Part shown: positions 63,079 to 64,000 of the stretch, piece after piece
Layout: every line of letters begins with the position of its first letter
How positions within the stretch are numbered: position 1 is the stretch's first letter
Assembly (NCBI GenBank): GCA_030697645.1
Contig: JAUYPI010000006.1
Location: 76,017-140,016, forward strand
DNA length: 64,000 nt
Source of the DNA: a bacterium
GTDB taxonomy: Bacteria > Patescibacteriota > Minisyncoccia > Phycocordibacterales > VMGT01
Reading direction: 5' to 3'
The notes under the pieces: generated by a model
What the model was told of the DNA's origin: nothing
Seen by the model: the letters and a program-made list of their open reading frames with translations, nothing else
Databases searched by the model: none
Program-made: the position numbers and the translations under genes

Positions 63079-64000
63079 TCATGGTGACTTTTTGCTGACG
63101 ATTTCGAGGCCGAGCTCACGAAGCTGCTCGGGGGTAGCGGGCGACGGCGCGTCCATCACCGAAGTTTGGCCGCCGCGGGTTTGCGGGAATGCCTGCACTT
63201 CCCGAAGCTGTGTCTCGCCGGTGAGGTTCATGACGTTTCGCTCAACGCCGAGCGCAATCCCCCCGTGCGGCGGCGCGCCAGCGCGTAGCGCCGCGAGCAT
63301 GTGGCCGATGCTATCCTGCGTGCGCTCAGGGTCGTAGCCCATCACGCGATAAACCGCTTCGAGGATTTCGCTCTTGTGAGCGCGGATGCTGCCGCCGCCT
63401 GTCTCAAAGCCGTTGCAGACGAGGTCGTACTGGGTGGTAAGAATTTCGCCGATGCGCTCGCCTTGAAGTAGCCAATCAATATGCTCCGGAACCGGCATCG
63501 AGAACGGATTGTGCGTGAATGTCCAGCCGCCCGCCCCGTTAGAAGCATGGCTTCGAGCGAGGCCCGCCTCGGTGCGCTCGAAAAATGGAAACCGATGTAC
63601 CCATGCGTATGCGAGAACGCCCGATTGTTTTTCTTCCTCACTGCGGAGGTCGAATTTATCCGCGCCAAATTTCCCCATAGCCTCCTCGTATGTATAGCGC
63701 GGGAAGGGTTTCTCCTTGATCGTCTTCCCCATCCCCTCGACAACTGCACTGGTCATCTCCTCGACTGCCTGCATCACGTCTTCTTGGTCAACGAACGCCA
63801 TCTCGATGTCAATTTGTGTGTGCTCAAACCCGCGATCAGCGCGCAAGTCCTCGTCGCGCATGCAGCGCGCGATTTGGAAATATTTCTCAAACCCGCCGAT
63901 CATGAGGAGCTGCTTGTATTGCTGCGGCGACTGCGGGAGCGCATAGAACTCACCCGGCTGGAGGCGCGATGGCACGAGAAAATCGCGCGATCCTTCGGGC
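63079..64000 (-). CDS. aspS: Aspartyl-tRNA synthetase, C-terminal catalytic part (gene continues beyond window end)
   Basis: Class II motif 2/3 FRDE...GGGSIRAHK...ALGVER. Ends QEAPFAD-like. The N-terminal anticodon-binding part is outside the window. Confidence 0.8.
   Translation of the reverse strand, partial: PEGSRDFLVPSRLQPGEFYALPQSPQQYKQLLMIGGFEKYFQIARCMRDEDLRADRGFEHTQIDIEMAFVDQEDVMQAVEEMTSAVVEGMGKTIKEKPFPRYTYEEAMGKFGADKFDLRSEEEKQSGVLAYAWVHRFPFFERTEAGLARSHASNGAGGWTFTHNPFSMPVPEHIDWLLQGERIGEILTTQYDLVCNGFETGGGSIRAHKSEILEAVYRVMGYDPERTQDSIGHMLAALRAGAPPHGGIALGVERNVMNLTGETQLREVQAFPQTRGGQTSVMDAPSPATPEQLRELGLEIVSKKSP

Overview
This is 64 kb of a high-GC bacterial chromosome, roughly 60% GC by eye with several patches nearer 40-50%. 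Most of it is housekeeping. The recognisable core genes are a sigma-70 factor, rpe, a split transketolase, MsrBA, MscL, dnaX, RNase HII, ParB, ScpA, UvrD, RarA, DnaE, Rel, TopA, the dacC-mraY-ftsW-murG cell-wall cluster, atpG and atpD, GltX, PepA and the AspS C-terminus. There are three tRNAs (Asp-GTC, Gln-TTG, Glu-CTC).

The gene content (split tkt, short dnaX, no atpC next to atpD, many small conserved hypotheticals) fits a reduced-genome lineage such as Patescibacteria. That placement is inference only.

The most unusual region is a 4.4 kb insertion between the two transketolase subunit genes. It carries three paralogous membrane-anchored proteins that share a four-cysteine motif (CT[EQ]EAKLCPDG-x8-GPNCEF-x2-C, conserved even at the nucleotide level). 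It also carries two toxin-antitoxin pairs, RHH-PIN and MNT-HEPN, with the HEPN domain fused in frame to one of the cysteine-motif membrane proteins. Two partial copies of the tktB 5' end (leader plus about 34-37 native codons) look like att-like scars of serial insertion. The same pattern, a gene-5' fragment flanking an inserted operon, recurs at the window start: an rpe 5' fragment, then a hypothetical gene and an atypical sigma factor, then the intact rpe.

A second pervasive signal is a set of intergenic elements built from short k-mers repeated directly and then as reverse complement, forming long imperfect palindromes. Several share near-identical cores. One copy has been inserted in frame into topA.

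Also present:
- two MITE-like elements with perfect terminal inverted repeats and 8-bp target-site duplications;
- a roughly 84-nt cloverleaf-like structured element bracketed by two bidirectional terminators;
- a low-GC gene inserted between atpG and atpD;
- a DsbA-like operon with a cysteine-rich secreted partner;
- a Met-rich DM13 protein placed divergently to msrBA.

No CRISPR array, integrase or transposase was seen.
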